A DNA stretch of 64,000 nt, taken from contig CM074515.1 of assembly GCA_037379345.1 (NCBI GenBank), forward strand, positions 7,564,001 through 7,628,000, read 5' to 3'. A program made the position numbers and the translations under genes. Origin of the DNA: Perna viridis (lineage: Eukaryota). Below are positions 25,501 to 35,600 of this stretch, piece by piece; position 1 is the stretch's first letter; each line of letters starts with the position of its first letter. The notes under the pieces were generated by a model. That model ran no database searches and was not told where the DNA came from. It saw only the letters and a program-made list of their open reading frames with translations.

Positions 25501-26692
25501 CATTCAGATGTAAAATGATAAATGGTCACTCTCAGGGAACATGTTCAGTGTAGATCAGGTCATGTAGTAGATTACTATTGTTAAAATATAATTTAAAATC
25601 AAAGTAAACAGACAGTCAAATTTATTTTTTTTTATCTGACCTTCAAACTGAATTATTCAATTGCTATCAAAACCCTTTTTAAAGTTCAGTTTGTAGAACA
25701 TTAGAAGAGATTGGTAAAAAGTTCAGTTTTATACAGTATGCAAATACTGAATTATAATTTTAAAAAAATCATAATTTTGTTTTTGTTGTTGCTGTTTTAT
25801 TGGATAATTTTTTTTGTAAAAACTTAAAGTTCTGTACATCAAATTTTAATAATTTGTTTTGTGTAGTAGAATGTTGTCAGACCATACTAAACATGCTTTA
25901 TTCATTCTTTCCATGTGACAGGACAAATGCATAAAACAAGGAAGACAATGAGGTGAAAATATATAGACCTAATTAGGTCCTGAAGATCAAATAATGATAC
26001 CAGTCATTTAAGTGATGCAGCTGTTCAAATATACTTTCAAGAGTGGAAGGTTCAGGTCCTTTCAAAGCTTTAAATGAAGGGACACTGAAAGTCCATAATA
26101 AAGTGTCAGTGGAAAGGCTTGGAGGTCCAGGTCTTAGGGAAATAAAACTTAAAGGGTCTGAGGTCAGAAATTGAGGCTCCTGGACATCGCACCACTACGA
26201 TCTGAACCCTTGGTGATGATGCTTAAGCACTTAATTGGGGGTCACAACATGTAAGGGAAATAACTCTGTAAAAATCAGCAAAACATTTTATTATGTGATA
26301 ATTTGATAACAAAGTCAAAGTATCTTAGTGATCAAAAGTTTTGTTGACGAAGCTACTATGTTCATTAAAATTGTTCCCATGAAACATATGGTTAAAATTT
26401 CTTGAAATTTCTACATTTTGCTTTTTTTATCAAAGTAAAACACTGAATAAAATTTCAAGAAATTTAATCTAACCATATAAATTTTAGAGAAAATGGTAGT
26501 TACCCCTCTGAAGTCATAGTGTCATTTACATAATTCTTATTACTGGTTTTACAGTCATTAGAAAATATGAAACTTAGTATTTTTTTTCTCTTTCAGATTC
26601 AAGGTAAAAAGAAACTATTAGGAGAACATTACCCTGTGATATCCACAGCTCGTATAAACTTGATCAGATTTATAAAATACAAGTCAAAATGA
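1333..26692 (+). CDS. HEATR3: HEAT repeat-containing protein 3 (Syo1-like), 15 exons in window, 5' end upstream of window. Exons: 1333-1505, 2361-2448, 2797-2897, 4900-5009, 6252-6395, 6626-6786, 11333-11429, 13593-13678, 15590-15649, 16560-16636, 17271-17407, 17659-17744, 18122-18271, 20084-20257, 26597-26692
   Basis: All junctions are GT-AG with matching phases; the exons sum to 1740 nt (579 aa + stop). Motifs recognised from HEATR3: RECGCASLANIV, ALGAVRNITVDGG, LTPLVALF, LWNLCE, AQCLQTVTED, AQQTALEIVTNICC..DEWEEL, AESLDAMFDVFGED, ARINLIRFIKYK*. Confidence 0.9.
2361..2448 (+). CDS. HEATR3: HEATR3 exon (NITVDGG...ALFKK)
   Basis: ttgcag acceptor and aag|gt donor, phase-compatible. Confidence 0.85.
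2797..2897 (+). CDS. HEATR3: HEATR3 exon (FDIGWKPE...ILWNL)
   Basis: cacag acceptor and tg|gtaat donor. Confidence 0.8.
3901..4714. mobile_element. TTAA-flanked MITE (Kolobok-like AGG...CCT termini)
   Basis: TTAA|AGGAGAAGACCA ... TGGTCTTCCCCT|TTAA. Confidence 0.7.
4900..5009 (+). CDS. HEATR3: HEATR3 exon (EASEEAVKVFN...AITV)
   Basis: tacag acceptor and g|gtaag donor. Confidence 0.85.
6252..6395 (+). CDS. HEATR3: HEATR3 exon (QCLQTVTEDN...TLAV)
   Basis: ccag acceptor and g|gtaag donor. Confidence 0.85.
6626..6786 (+). CDS. HEATR3: HEATR3 exon (ILTNITDD...NSDQ)
   Basis: poly-T tag acceptor and cag|gtta donor. Confidence 0.8.
7738..10118 (-). mobile_element. Mutator-like DNA transposon (MULE), structurally full-length
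   Basis: ~33-bp TIRs (GGTTCATTCCACCTATTCCCACTTTTTA / reverse complement GGTGTCTTCCACCTATTCCCACTTTTTA) and perfect 8-bp TSD ATTATGAC at 7730-7737 and 10119-10126. Confidence 0.92.
8198..9602 (-). pseudogene. FLYWCH zinc-finger + MULE DDE transposase, disrupted
   Basis: N-terminal YWKC...CPA...HNH; core GEGTF, DYE, GCFF|HY, RTTNHLEG*H. Frameshift in the A-run at ~8750-8757 and TGA in place of Trp at 8453-8455; the frame continues to TAA at 8198. Confidence 0.88.
11333..11429 (+). CDS. HEATR3: HEATR3 exon (TQPK...AQQTALEIVTNICCVD)
   Basis: tacag acceptor and g|gtatg donor. Confidence 0.85.
11990..13553. repeat. Minisatellite with 36/38-bp units (CC[A/G]TGACAACAACAAGAATTAGTA[A/G/C]CTCAGAAACAATA), ~42 copies
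   Basis: Tandem units seen directly; no unique spacers. Confidence 0.97.
13593..13678 (+). CDS. HEATR3: HEATR3 acidic exon (EWEELDTSESSSDE...)
   Basis: ttag acceptor and tca|gtaag donor. Confidence 0.85.
15590..15649 (+). CDS. HEATR3: HEATR3 exon (PEDISKDLQNAITSNHVFTK)
   Basis: ttttag acceptor and aaa|gtgag donor, phase 0-0. Confidence 0.7.
16260..16500 (+). mobile_element. Degenerate tRNA-derived SINE with Meta/MESC-like central domain
   Basis: GGTCATACCAAAGACTTTAAAATTGGTAGCCACTGCTTCT...GATTGGTTTGCTCAGAGTCAGTATAAT resembles mollusc Meta-domain SINEs (from recall). Confidence 0.55.
16560..16636 (+). CDS. HEATR3: HEATR3 exon (VLQKIEP...IIK)
   Basis: ttcag acceptor and aa|gtaag donor. Confidence 0.75.
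17271..17407 (+). CDS. HEATR3: HEATR3 exon (FEQLQIYALLCCSNIV...LGG...SDT)
   Basis: gacag acceptor and g|gtgag donor. Confidence 0.85.
17659..17744 (+). CDS. HEATR3: HEATR3 exon (LLEAVTSCMRAVVQ)
   Basis: ttcag acceptor and aag|gtaac donor. Confidence 0.85.
18122..18271 (+). CDS. HEATR3: HEATR3 exon (LLDVTSQDL...PFLK)
   Basis: ccag acceptor and aag|gtac donor. Confidence 0.85.
18723..19809. mobile_element. Possible TA-flanked Tc1/mariner-type MITE containing a ~33-bp tandem repeat (18826-18955)
   Basis: TA|CAGTGAAA ... TTTCACTG|TA; subterminal ACCTGTCTAAACC repeats near the right end. Confidence 0.4.
20084..20257 (+). CDS. HEATR3: HEATR3 exon (DVGIFLL...AESLDAMFDVFGED...LKKQ)
   Basis: tacag acceptor and cag|gtaat donor. 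Confidence 0.9.
20517..20763. repeat. 41-bp tandem repeat, ~6 copies (TCTGTCCATCTGTCAAGCTTAGGGGTACATGCTTTGTGTAA)
   Basis: Seen directly. Confidence 0.92.
21105..23090. repeat. 36-bp minisatellite (GATGAAGGTCCAGACATGTCATTGATCTTGTTCCTT), ~55 copies
   Basis: Seen directly; explains the many repetitive ORFs on both strands. Confidence 0.97.
23728..25406 (+). mobile_element. Bivalve pearl/DTC84/HINE-like non-autonomous element with internal core repeats
   Basis: 5' CAGGTAAGC..CATCACTT..(GTC)n block, repeated GGGGTATCCTGCATAGA core, 3' CAGGTGAGCAATTCAGGCTCCTGGGAGCCTCTTG hairpin. Confidence 0.7.
24199..24664. mobile_element. TIR MITE with 4-bp TSD (AGAA) inserted in the pearl/HINE-like element
   Basis: AGAA|GGCTACAAACCA ... 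TGGTCTGTGGCC|AGAA; removing it restores the host core GCA.AGAACTGAT. Confidence 0.8.
26597..26692 (+). CDS. HEATR3: HEATR3 last coding exon (IQGKKK...NLIRFIKYKSK*)
   Basis: Long pyrimidine tract, ttcag acceptor and TGA at 26690-26692. Confidence 0.85.
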   Translation: MQGKKKLLGEHYPVISTARINLIRFIKYKSK

Positions 26693-27278
26693 TAGCTGAT
26701 TATAGTGCTTTACATCTACAATATTAATTTGACACATTAAATTTTACAGTTACCTTTGTTGTATGGTTTGTATAAAAATTATATTGTTAAGAGATCACTG
26801 TCAGATAATATCAACCACAAGAAACTTCAGTGATCATTGTAATATGTTCCTATTCTGTTATTTTATCTTTATTTTAACTGGGAAGAAATCAGCTAGCATG
26901 CATTTCAAGATAGGAACTAAATTCATTAGGGCCATTTATTTTCTAGGGGAGCATGGTTAAGGAATCAGTATTTTTCTTACTGTTTCCTACATGCCATCTA
27001 TTTATTTAAAACTGATTGGGAATATGATTTTTTTTATTATTTTCTATACAAGCAGTGTCGTAACCTTAAAGACCAAAATGTATTATTTTTATTTTTGATA
27101 AGAGCGGAAATGTTTATTTTTGGATTATTTTTTTTTGTGTATTTAAAAAACTGCCAAACCCCTTCAGAATCAAATCTTTCTAAATTCTCCATGGTGTGAT
27201 CCTATTGTCGTTTTCATTGGATCAGTTTGTTGAGAAATGTTTATCTTGATAGAATAGATAACAGATATTCTCATCAGA

Positions 27279-27284
27279 AATAAA
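27279..27284 (+). terminator. Candidate polyadenylation signal (AATAAA) of HEATR3
   Basis: AATAAA about 590 nt after the stop codon; motif only. Confidence 0.3.
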
Positions 27285-29841
27285 AAAAAACATTAGTTTA
27301 TATAATGTTACTCTTGAAATTTAAGTTACAATTTTGTTCCTGGTCATGAGTTTTACTTCTTGCTTGGTATTCATACAGTGTATCAATGGATTGCACATGC
27401 ACACTCCTATGTCTTTCTTTTAAACTAAATCCAGCTAGTTTTATAAAGCAGACAGCCTAGGTGTCCACTTTGTTCAGGCAACATCCAAGACTGTTTTGAG
27501 GTTATCCTTTACCTGTCCGAAAACAAGAACATAGTTTTATTATAGTTGTTTGTTGAGTAATCATCTATTGCATCAGAGTTATTTTTGGAGAACTGCTATA
27601 ATTTTTATATGAAGTTCATGATTATTATAATTAAGCATATTTAATAGTTATAGAGACTGACAGGTTATTAGGTACATCATATACATGTATATTGAAGGTA
27701 ATCACTTATCTTGTATTCTGGGTATGTACAAACAGATAGCTATGCCATATTTAATATTTACACGTGTGTGTTTTACAATTTTACAAAAAGTCGTTGGATA
27801 TACTTAAAGATTGAAAAATGTATTAAAAATCTTTTCTAGAATCTTTTTGGTTGGTATAAGTTCCTTCAAAGTTGACTACAAAGCAATGCTCTTATCAGAT
27901 CAATTTAACCAATGTTGACATAAGATACCCGACAGACAATTAATGAACAATACAGGTCCTGTTGTGGCTTCCTAGAACTTCTAAATGGATAACATTATTA
28001 TAAAGAGTCAAACAAAATTGGTAAACACCATCTATAGTGAACTTATCTCATGAGGTATTTTCATTTCTACCTTATCGCACAAGGGCCTTAGGTTTACATT
28101 ATTTAATGACATCGTCTATCTATTAAAAGGCCCATGGTGGCCAATACATTCAAATACAATGATTGTCATGATCAAGAAATACAATGGAGACAGATATCAA
28201 GTTCAAATAAGCCAACTAAAAGCCTGAAAAAAATCACAACAAACATATTGAGCGGCAGTACTCATATACAGTGATGATATACAGTTACAAGTATCATGTA
28301 ACTTAAAGGACTCAAAGACATTGGTAGCTCCATACTCTCGTTTGTCTTAAGCCAAATGAATTTTGATTGTTCATTTAATGTAGAGCATTTCAGCAACGTA
28401 TGGAATGAGATTTTATTGGCCTCGTATTACACAAAAATTTACAAGATGACCGAGGATGGCTGTTTCATTATTAGGGGCGGTTTCACGGTCCAAGGTATCA
28501 TTTGCTCACATTTGGACAAGAAGACAACAATTAGCGAAATTTTCAACATAAAGGTCCCAAACTTCGGTCGTCTACTTGACCCATCGCTTCCTTGTTTGAT
28601 GCTATATGATTATGTGCAGATGAAGCAAAAATAACTGATATAACCCTTCCTCAATTGAGATTTTCATCAAATTTTCATTTTCAACGGTCTATGGCCTTAT
28701 TTCCAGCACATCAGTTAATTCCACAGATGCAGAAAGCTGGTTTCCGTTAGTAATCTGCAATCTTTTCTGTTTTACTCACAAAATCTAGTCTTTTCTGTTT
28801 TATTCACAAAATCTGCATTCGTTTCTGTTTTACTCACAAAATATCTCTATGGTCAACCTTTGCATAGACCAATTTACTGAGCAATTTGTGCGGCAACGTC
28901 GACGTGTTTCGCTGGTTTGAAAACAAAACAAATTTTACCAATTAAATATCCTAAATGAGGTTTCTGTGAACAATTGTGTCGATTATATAGATCAAGCGTA
29001 AAACATGGCAGCCGTTGCTATTTTCAAACCTTTGGGTTTAAGTCGGTAAGAAACTAATATATTAGTGTACTGTATCACACAAAATCTTGTTTAAACTACG
29101 GTATTCTGAAAATATAGAAATAACGGGTGATATACAAGAAGTTCTGAAATTCTGAAAATTTCCCCTTTTACAATTTGACAATAATTGTAACCCCAAAAAG
29201 AAAATCGAAGCACCTGAATTGATTAGATATGTTTAATACATCATTATCTTAATTACGAATGCCTAAAATATGAGTTTTACGGTGTCGGTATGCTGTGAAT
29301 CAAAGGCCTGTTTTTATACCGAGACCAGTTTTCAAGGGGTTGGGATAATATTTTTAACATTTTTTGAAAATTAGTTTTTCCTGGTTTATTTATGTGTGAT
29401 ATTAAATTATCTATCGAATGATACCAAATCTGAGACGTTTTAGTGGAGCAATAGCTTGTAGAGTAGAATTGGTGACTTCTTACGGAAAAATCGAAAATCT
29501 CATTTTTCGCTTTTTTGGGTAAATTCTGACCCAGAAAAGCGCCAAAATTCATTAAAAGTACTCCAGAAGTATTAATTGTGATGATACTAAATGGAAAATA
29601 CCAAATAAGCCATTTTTACTGAAGCATACATACTCTAAGGGTTTTGACATGGAAAATTTTGTCAATTTAAGGGATTTTTCGGTAGGGTAGAGCACATATT
29701 TTTTCATTCGTAAATGGGAGGTATAAGGGGACCTGAGGAATTTTTATCCAAGAAAAAAGGTGACCGCTTTACCAAAATATGTTGTTTATGGAGCCAGGTG
29801 AGCAATTCAGGCTTCTGGAATTCTCTAGTTTTTCTTCGTAT

Positions 29842-30434
29842 TTTAGGTCACCTTGCTAAATGCCAGGTGAGCTAATGCCATCACTTAGCGTCAGTCGTCG
29901 TCGTCCGTCATCGTCGTTAACAAATTTTCAGAACTCTTCTCGTCAAACACTACTTGACTAATTGGAACCAAACTTGGTATAAATGTTCCTTGGGGTACTA
30001 GTATCCTGCATAGAACTGACGTGGGGAATTTTGATCCGTCAAACAACATGGCTGCTGTTACTAAAAATAGAACATAGAGGTCAGACAGTAGTTTTTCGCA
30101 TATTATATCTCTCAAACCGTTAGGTTTAGCCAAACTCTTTCAATTAATGAAATGATCCTTATTATAAGGCCTACTAAAGTCTCCGATGGATCAAGTTTTC
30201 AGACGACTCCTTGTAAGAGTTATTACGATTGGAAGGTGAAAAATTACGTATTTTTACATTTTTCAGCCAATATATTGAAACTATGATAGAAAGAAACTTT
30301 CAATTGCTGAAATGATCCTTATGACAAGTCCTACCACAGTCAAAATTGTTGGACAACTCCTTGTTCAATTATTTCCCTTGAAAGGCAAAGTTTAACCAGG
30401 TGAGCAATTCAGGCTCCTGGAAGCCACTTGTTTT
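29842..30434 (+). mobile_element. Second pearl/DTC84/HINE-like copy (single core unit); another 3' end of the family lies just upstream at ~29794-29830
   Basis: TTAGGTCACC...CAGGTGAGC, (GTC)n, and 3' CAGGTGAGCAATTCAGGCTCCTGGAAGCC; colinear with 23728-25406. Confidence 0.75.
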
Positions 30435-32380
30435 CCGACGCAGTCGGTGTAGTTACGCTTTTAACCCTTTGACCTTTAAGACGTACTTCTATGGAAACGC
30501 AAGTCACCTGATCTCAATTCTGTTTCCCGATTGGCCGAATACTGAAAACTGTATCGAAGATTGAAATTGTGTGCCATGTGTTATTTTCTTGAATGAAATT
30601 TAGAAAATTTTATGTAAAAAGAAAAAAGAATTAACTGCGTCGGCTATCTATTTTAGAGATAGTACTTGTTTCTTTTCTCTTTTTTTGTTTTTGTTTTTTT
30701 AGTGGGGGGGGGGGGCTTGTTGAGTGTGTATTACAAATTCTGGGCCATTTATCATATTTTTGTATCGATTTTTTATTTTAATGATACTCCTATAGGTGTC
30801 GAAATTGGCTGTGTAGTTTAAACTACATACTATGTGCATGTAGTCATTAGTGATTTGATAATCACGTGACGGTAAACAATTTTTTTTCAAATGTAAGAGG
30901 TGATTTCAAACCCCCTTAGGAGTGCGAGTGTTCTTTGTTGCTCCTAATGATATTCATGTAAAGCCATGCTATTTGTCAGGTATACCTAGGGTCACCTAGG
31001 TTAGTTGTCCCGCAATTTCATTCATTGAATGGTTCATTCATATAAACCTTTATAGTAGAATCCTGAAACCAATGTCAAAGATAAGCGCCCACAATGTCAT
31101 ATGTCTGGGTTCCGAACAATCCCACTGTAGACTTTCCCACACAGTGTAGCCTAATATAGAAAACTCGTTTGTATGCGATTTTTGTATGTGCTTCTTTTGA
31201 TAGATTTTTATCGTACATTTCTAATATTACTTTAACTTTTTATTCATTCCATCAAGGAGCATGTAACCTCGACAGAAAGACACAAATCCCGGATTCAAAT
31301 TTCCGTTTTCCCCAAAATAAGCCCTGCATTCTTTTTGCATCATCATCATTAGCACTAAGAGCAAACACAAAGAGAGGGATATAAAACAACCGCTAAAATG
31401 TCTGAAATGAGATAGGTTGAAAGAAAAAATGGGGGGAAAAATCATCAAAAATTTATTTCATAATTTTGTTTATAACGGTTCAAAGGTTTTATGGACATTC
31501 TATGATAATACATTGCCATTTAGCCTATATATTGCTTCTTGTGTGGTTGTGAAAACACAAGGTTACCTGACGGACAAGTTAGAGACCCACCAAAGTTTCA
31601 TAAGAGTTTCATTGTTTGTGAATGGATATCACACATATACCTAAGCTTATACGACTTTTATCTTCAAGGAATGCTACGGAGACAAAATTGTCTTTATTTG
31701 TAGCAACACAGAAACGCTTCTCAATATACAGTATGCTCGGTAAGGACATAAACTGATATAGGACATCAGGTCAAGTTTTTCCCTTTTTTATGTGTATATT
31801 ATACAACGTGACACAGATTACAAGACGCTTAGTACCTTAAACCTCATGTAGATGAACAAGGGGATTCTTTCATCGTTGCATCGTATCATTTGAAATACAC
31901 AGAACTTTCTTGAAAACTAGGTTTAAATACCAACAGTTATCATATACATGTACATATATTCAATAAAATTAAGTCAAAATTGTGGTCATTGTTTAAAAAA
32001 ACGCACAATATCTTGTAGCGAAAATGCTTTGGCGTTTTATTTCATAAGTAGCATTTTCGTCTTTAACCATTTTATTAAATATAATGTATAACCGCTAAAA
32101 TTAAAAGCTCGAATAAAACACAATGAGCCGAACTAAATAGCAAATAACAAATAATTAGTAATAAAAAAAAATCTTAAGCCGTAAATCCAGTGGCTCAAGG
32201 GGTGCGACGGTTTGAACCCCCTTTTCTTTGAGATTTTGTCAGTTTCGTGCATTAGGTGCAAAACATGATAATGACAGCTTTTTAGCCCCGTTTCCAAAAC
32301 GCCTGGATATGAGCCAGATATCTTCCATAGTGGAATCAAATAGAGAGAGAGAAAAAAAAACAATTCGTCGTACTGTAGAA

Positions 32381-32510
32381 TGACGTGCGATGTTTACAGC
32401 CCTCATTGGTTGGACAGAATCCGACCTGTATATGGACACCAATATCTTATCTACTTGACTATTCAAATATTCAAGACCTTTGTATAAATGGACAACTAGG
32501 CTATAAGAAC
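32381..32510 (+). promoter_or_regulatory. Candidate core promoter of gene 2 exon 1a
   Basis: TGACGT (CRE-like) at 32381, ATTGG (CCAAT) at ~32406, and TATAAA at ~32484, about 60 nt before ATG 32544. Confidence 0.45.
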
Positions 32511-32543
32511 CGCTATTCTATTTCGTCATTTAATCAATTCATC

Positions 32544-32628
32544 ATGCGCGAAACCATTTTAGTGGTTTTATGCGCTATTGTAGGAATAAATGTCGTCGAT
32601 GGAGCTGCAACTACAGCAACGCCGTCAA
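32544..32628 (+). CDS. Signal-peptide exon 1a ([28 protein letters not shown])
   Basis: ATC-ATG start context, hydrophobic core, phase-1 a|gtaag donor. Confidence 0.75.
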
Positions 32629-35600
32629 GTAAGTTATACATGTGTGATTCTGATAAGTATAACATTAGTTAATTAGTTGGTCAAATAATCTCTTTGATCT
32701 AAAATGGATTATTTCTTATACGTATTTGCATTAATAAGACAACGATGAAAAGTTTCAAAACTATATGAAAAGCAAGTTTAAAAAAAATGAAGTGTAGCAA
32801 ATGTATAGCCTTCGTTTAAAATGTATCCTTTTTATGCAGTAATTGTTTTATAGAGCTTCGACGGCTTCAGTATCTACTAAAAATACCATCAATATGCTTA
32901 TGTCTAGTACCATAGAGAAATGAGTACATTTTATAGTATAGATGAAATCCCTCGTAAGGAATATCATTGAAATCAACAGATTCTCATATGATCATGATCA
33001 GGTTTTGGTTGTATTGGCTTTATGTTCCTATATTTTGTCTGTTGTTATTTAAACATTTACATAGTGTCTATTATGTCTACATAAATCACATCTTATATTT
33101 CAATGAAGTGCTTTCTCCTTACTGTCATTATTATCTTTTTAATTTTAATTTTTTTTTGTTTTTGTTTTGTTTTTGTTTTTGTTTTTTGTTTTTTTGTTTT
33201 GTTTGTTTTTTTGTTTTTGACACCTTACTGGTAACATTCCATACATAGCTTTTAATCACTGAGACTCGCTCTTTTTTGTCGCATTTCGTGTTTATCATAT
33301 ATTATGTTACTCAGGTCCAAATGTACGTAATGCTAGTAATATGTACCTTTATAAGAACATTATATAGACAATATTACTAAGTATTAAACAAGAAAAACGG
33401 ATTGGTTTTAGTGTATCACACTGATATGAATAATTTTAACATAAACATGTCATTTACAATTTACTTAAATCAAAGAAAGTTTGAAATAGCAAAACGAGAA
33501 TACCTAGTTCAAGGTGATGCACCTAAAGTGCAGTTCTTGTCAGATCTCCATTCATATTTGTCTATCTAGGTTATCATATTATTTTGAACCATAGGTTTTG
33601 ATAAGGAGTCAAATGTAAAGGCAATTGCAGGTGCATACAATCATTAGATATCTATGATTATGCATGAGACAGTGGCGTTACTGGTGGTGTTAGGTCTAAA
33701 TGTGGCCTATGCCGCAGTGACCCAACCACCTATTAGTAAGTCGTTAATTTTCGTGATAACGAGAGTATTTTTGGTTGGCTTTTTGTCTTATAATCCGTTT
33801 TAAATTTGGTGGTAACTAATTATATATTACTTTCCGTTTTAAGGTTGTGGAACAAACCCAGCAGATATTCACTTTCTATTGGACTCCTCGGGTAGTGTAG
33901 GCTCGTCAAACTTTGAGAAACAGAAAGACTTTGTTGCAAGATTTGCTCAGTCATTTTCAATTGGACCTAAAAATGTTCAAATTGGTGTAACGACATTTTC
34001 AACGACAACTCATCCGCAGTTTTATATGAAAGCTCATCCGACACAGTCATCGTTAGTGTCGGCAATAAAAGCTATACCATATCAAACTGGTAACACACAT
34101 ACTGACGAGGCTCTGAAATGGGTCGACCAGCATGCCTTTACGTCAACAGCGGGTGACCGCTCTGGTGTTACCAACATATTAATTGTGATGACTGACGGAC
34201 AATCTGGCAACCCGCCTCAAACCGCCATCGAAGCTAAGAAGATTCATGGCCACAACGTTAAGGTGTTTGCAATTGGTATTGGAAATGGAATTAAACAAAC
34301 AGAGCTAGACGCAATTGCATCTGACCATGCACATACTTTTACTGTACAGAATTTCGATGCGTTGAACACACTACAAGCCGAGCTGAAGAAGACTGCATGT
34401 AAAGGTAAATATACCGTATTGTGACCATTGATGACGCAGTAAGATTGTTATACTGATTTACATACTGACAGGAGCTATTATTTCTGTTTTGTAACAAGCT
34501 TTGTGATTGGATGGTTCTCTTTGAGCAAACTAAGTTATTTTGTATACATTGTATGTAACTTACTTTTGGTATTGTGACGTCATTAATATCGATTAGTCTG
34601 CACTCCGCGATTCAAATAATCCGAAACAAAGTAACGTTTTGAATCCATGAGAAATTATAAGGAATATTTCTAATTTTTGAACATGTTATACCAAATAACA
34701 TGCTTTCGGTCATTTTGAGTTTACAGTTGTATTCATCGCTTCGCGGTTCACAAGGGCAAACTTCCACAAACCATGTTATTTCGTATATCATGTTAAAAAA
34801 TAGAAGTATTCCTTTAAATAATTATACTTTTGTACTCAAAAAATTTGCTGTAAGTTATTTTTACTTTACTTATATCTATATTACTTTTTTATAGGCGGAT
34901 CCAAAGGGATGTGTTGTCCGGGCGCCTTTATGAAATTGATTTTTCAAATATTATAAATTAATCTTTAAGTTAAAACACTGAAACTAATTTAGAAATCAAT
35001 GTACAGTCAAGCAAATTCATCATTTAGCGATGTATTACAAAAATAAGTGAATATGATGCACATTTTCTTCCGCATTCATGCAAAATTTTGACCCGGGTTG
35101 GACTTCCTTGTTATTCTGTGATTCTGCCGTTGTTGTTTTATTTTTTGTCCGTTCATTTATGTAGAACAAATACTAAATGACAATAATACGATATGATACA
35201 ACAACAAGAAATATGTGTACATAATTTTTTAAGGTTGTTTTATTAAGTAAATAGTATTTCTGCATCATAGCTTTATCAGAATACATTTAACACAACTGAA
35301 TTAAGACTATTTCCATTACGGATTTCCGTTGAGAAATATTAAAATAAAATTTGTCGCATTATCGTTTTTCTATCTTGATCTTTGTTGATATACGTGCATA
35401 CTTTGGTGCTTGATAGTCCAGACTAAGGGTTAAATTGCAGCCTTTGTGACATGAAATTCTAAAAATGGGAAACGCACTGATAAGATTTATTATTTTCCAA
35501 CGATTCATTGACAACATTATGTTCCAGTCACGTGCGGTTTAGATCATACGTGTATTTTATTGAAATCCATACTACGCGGGGTGGAAGGTAAATTGGAGTT

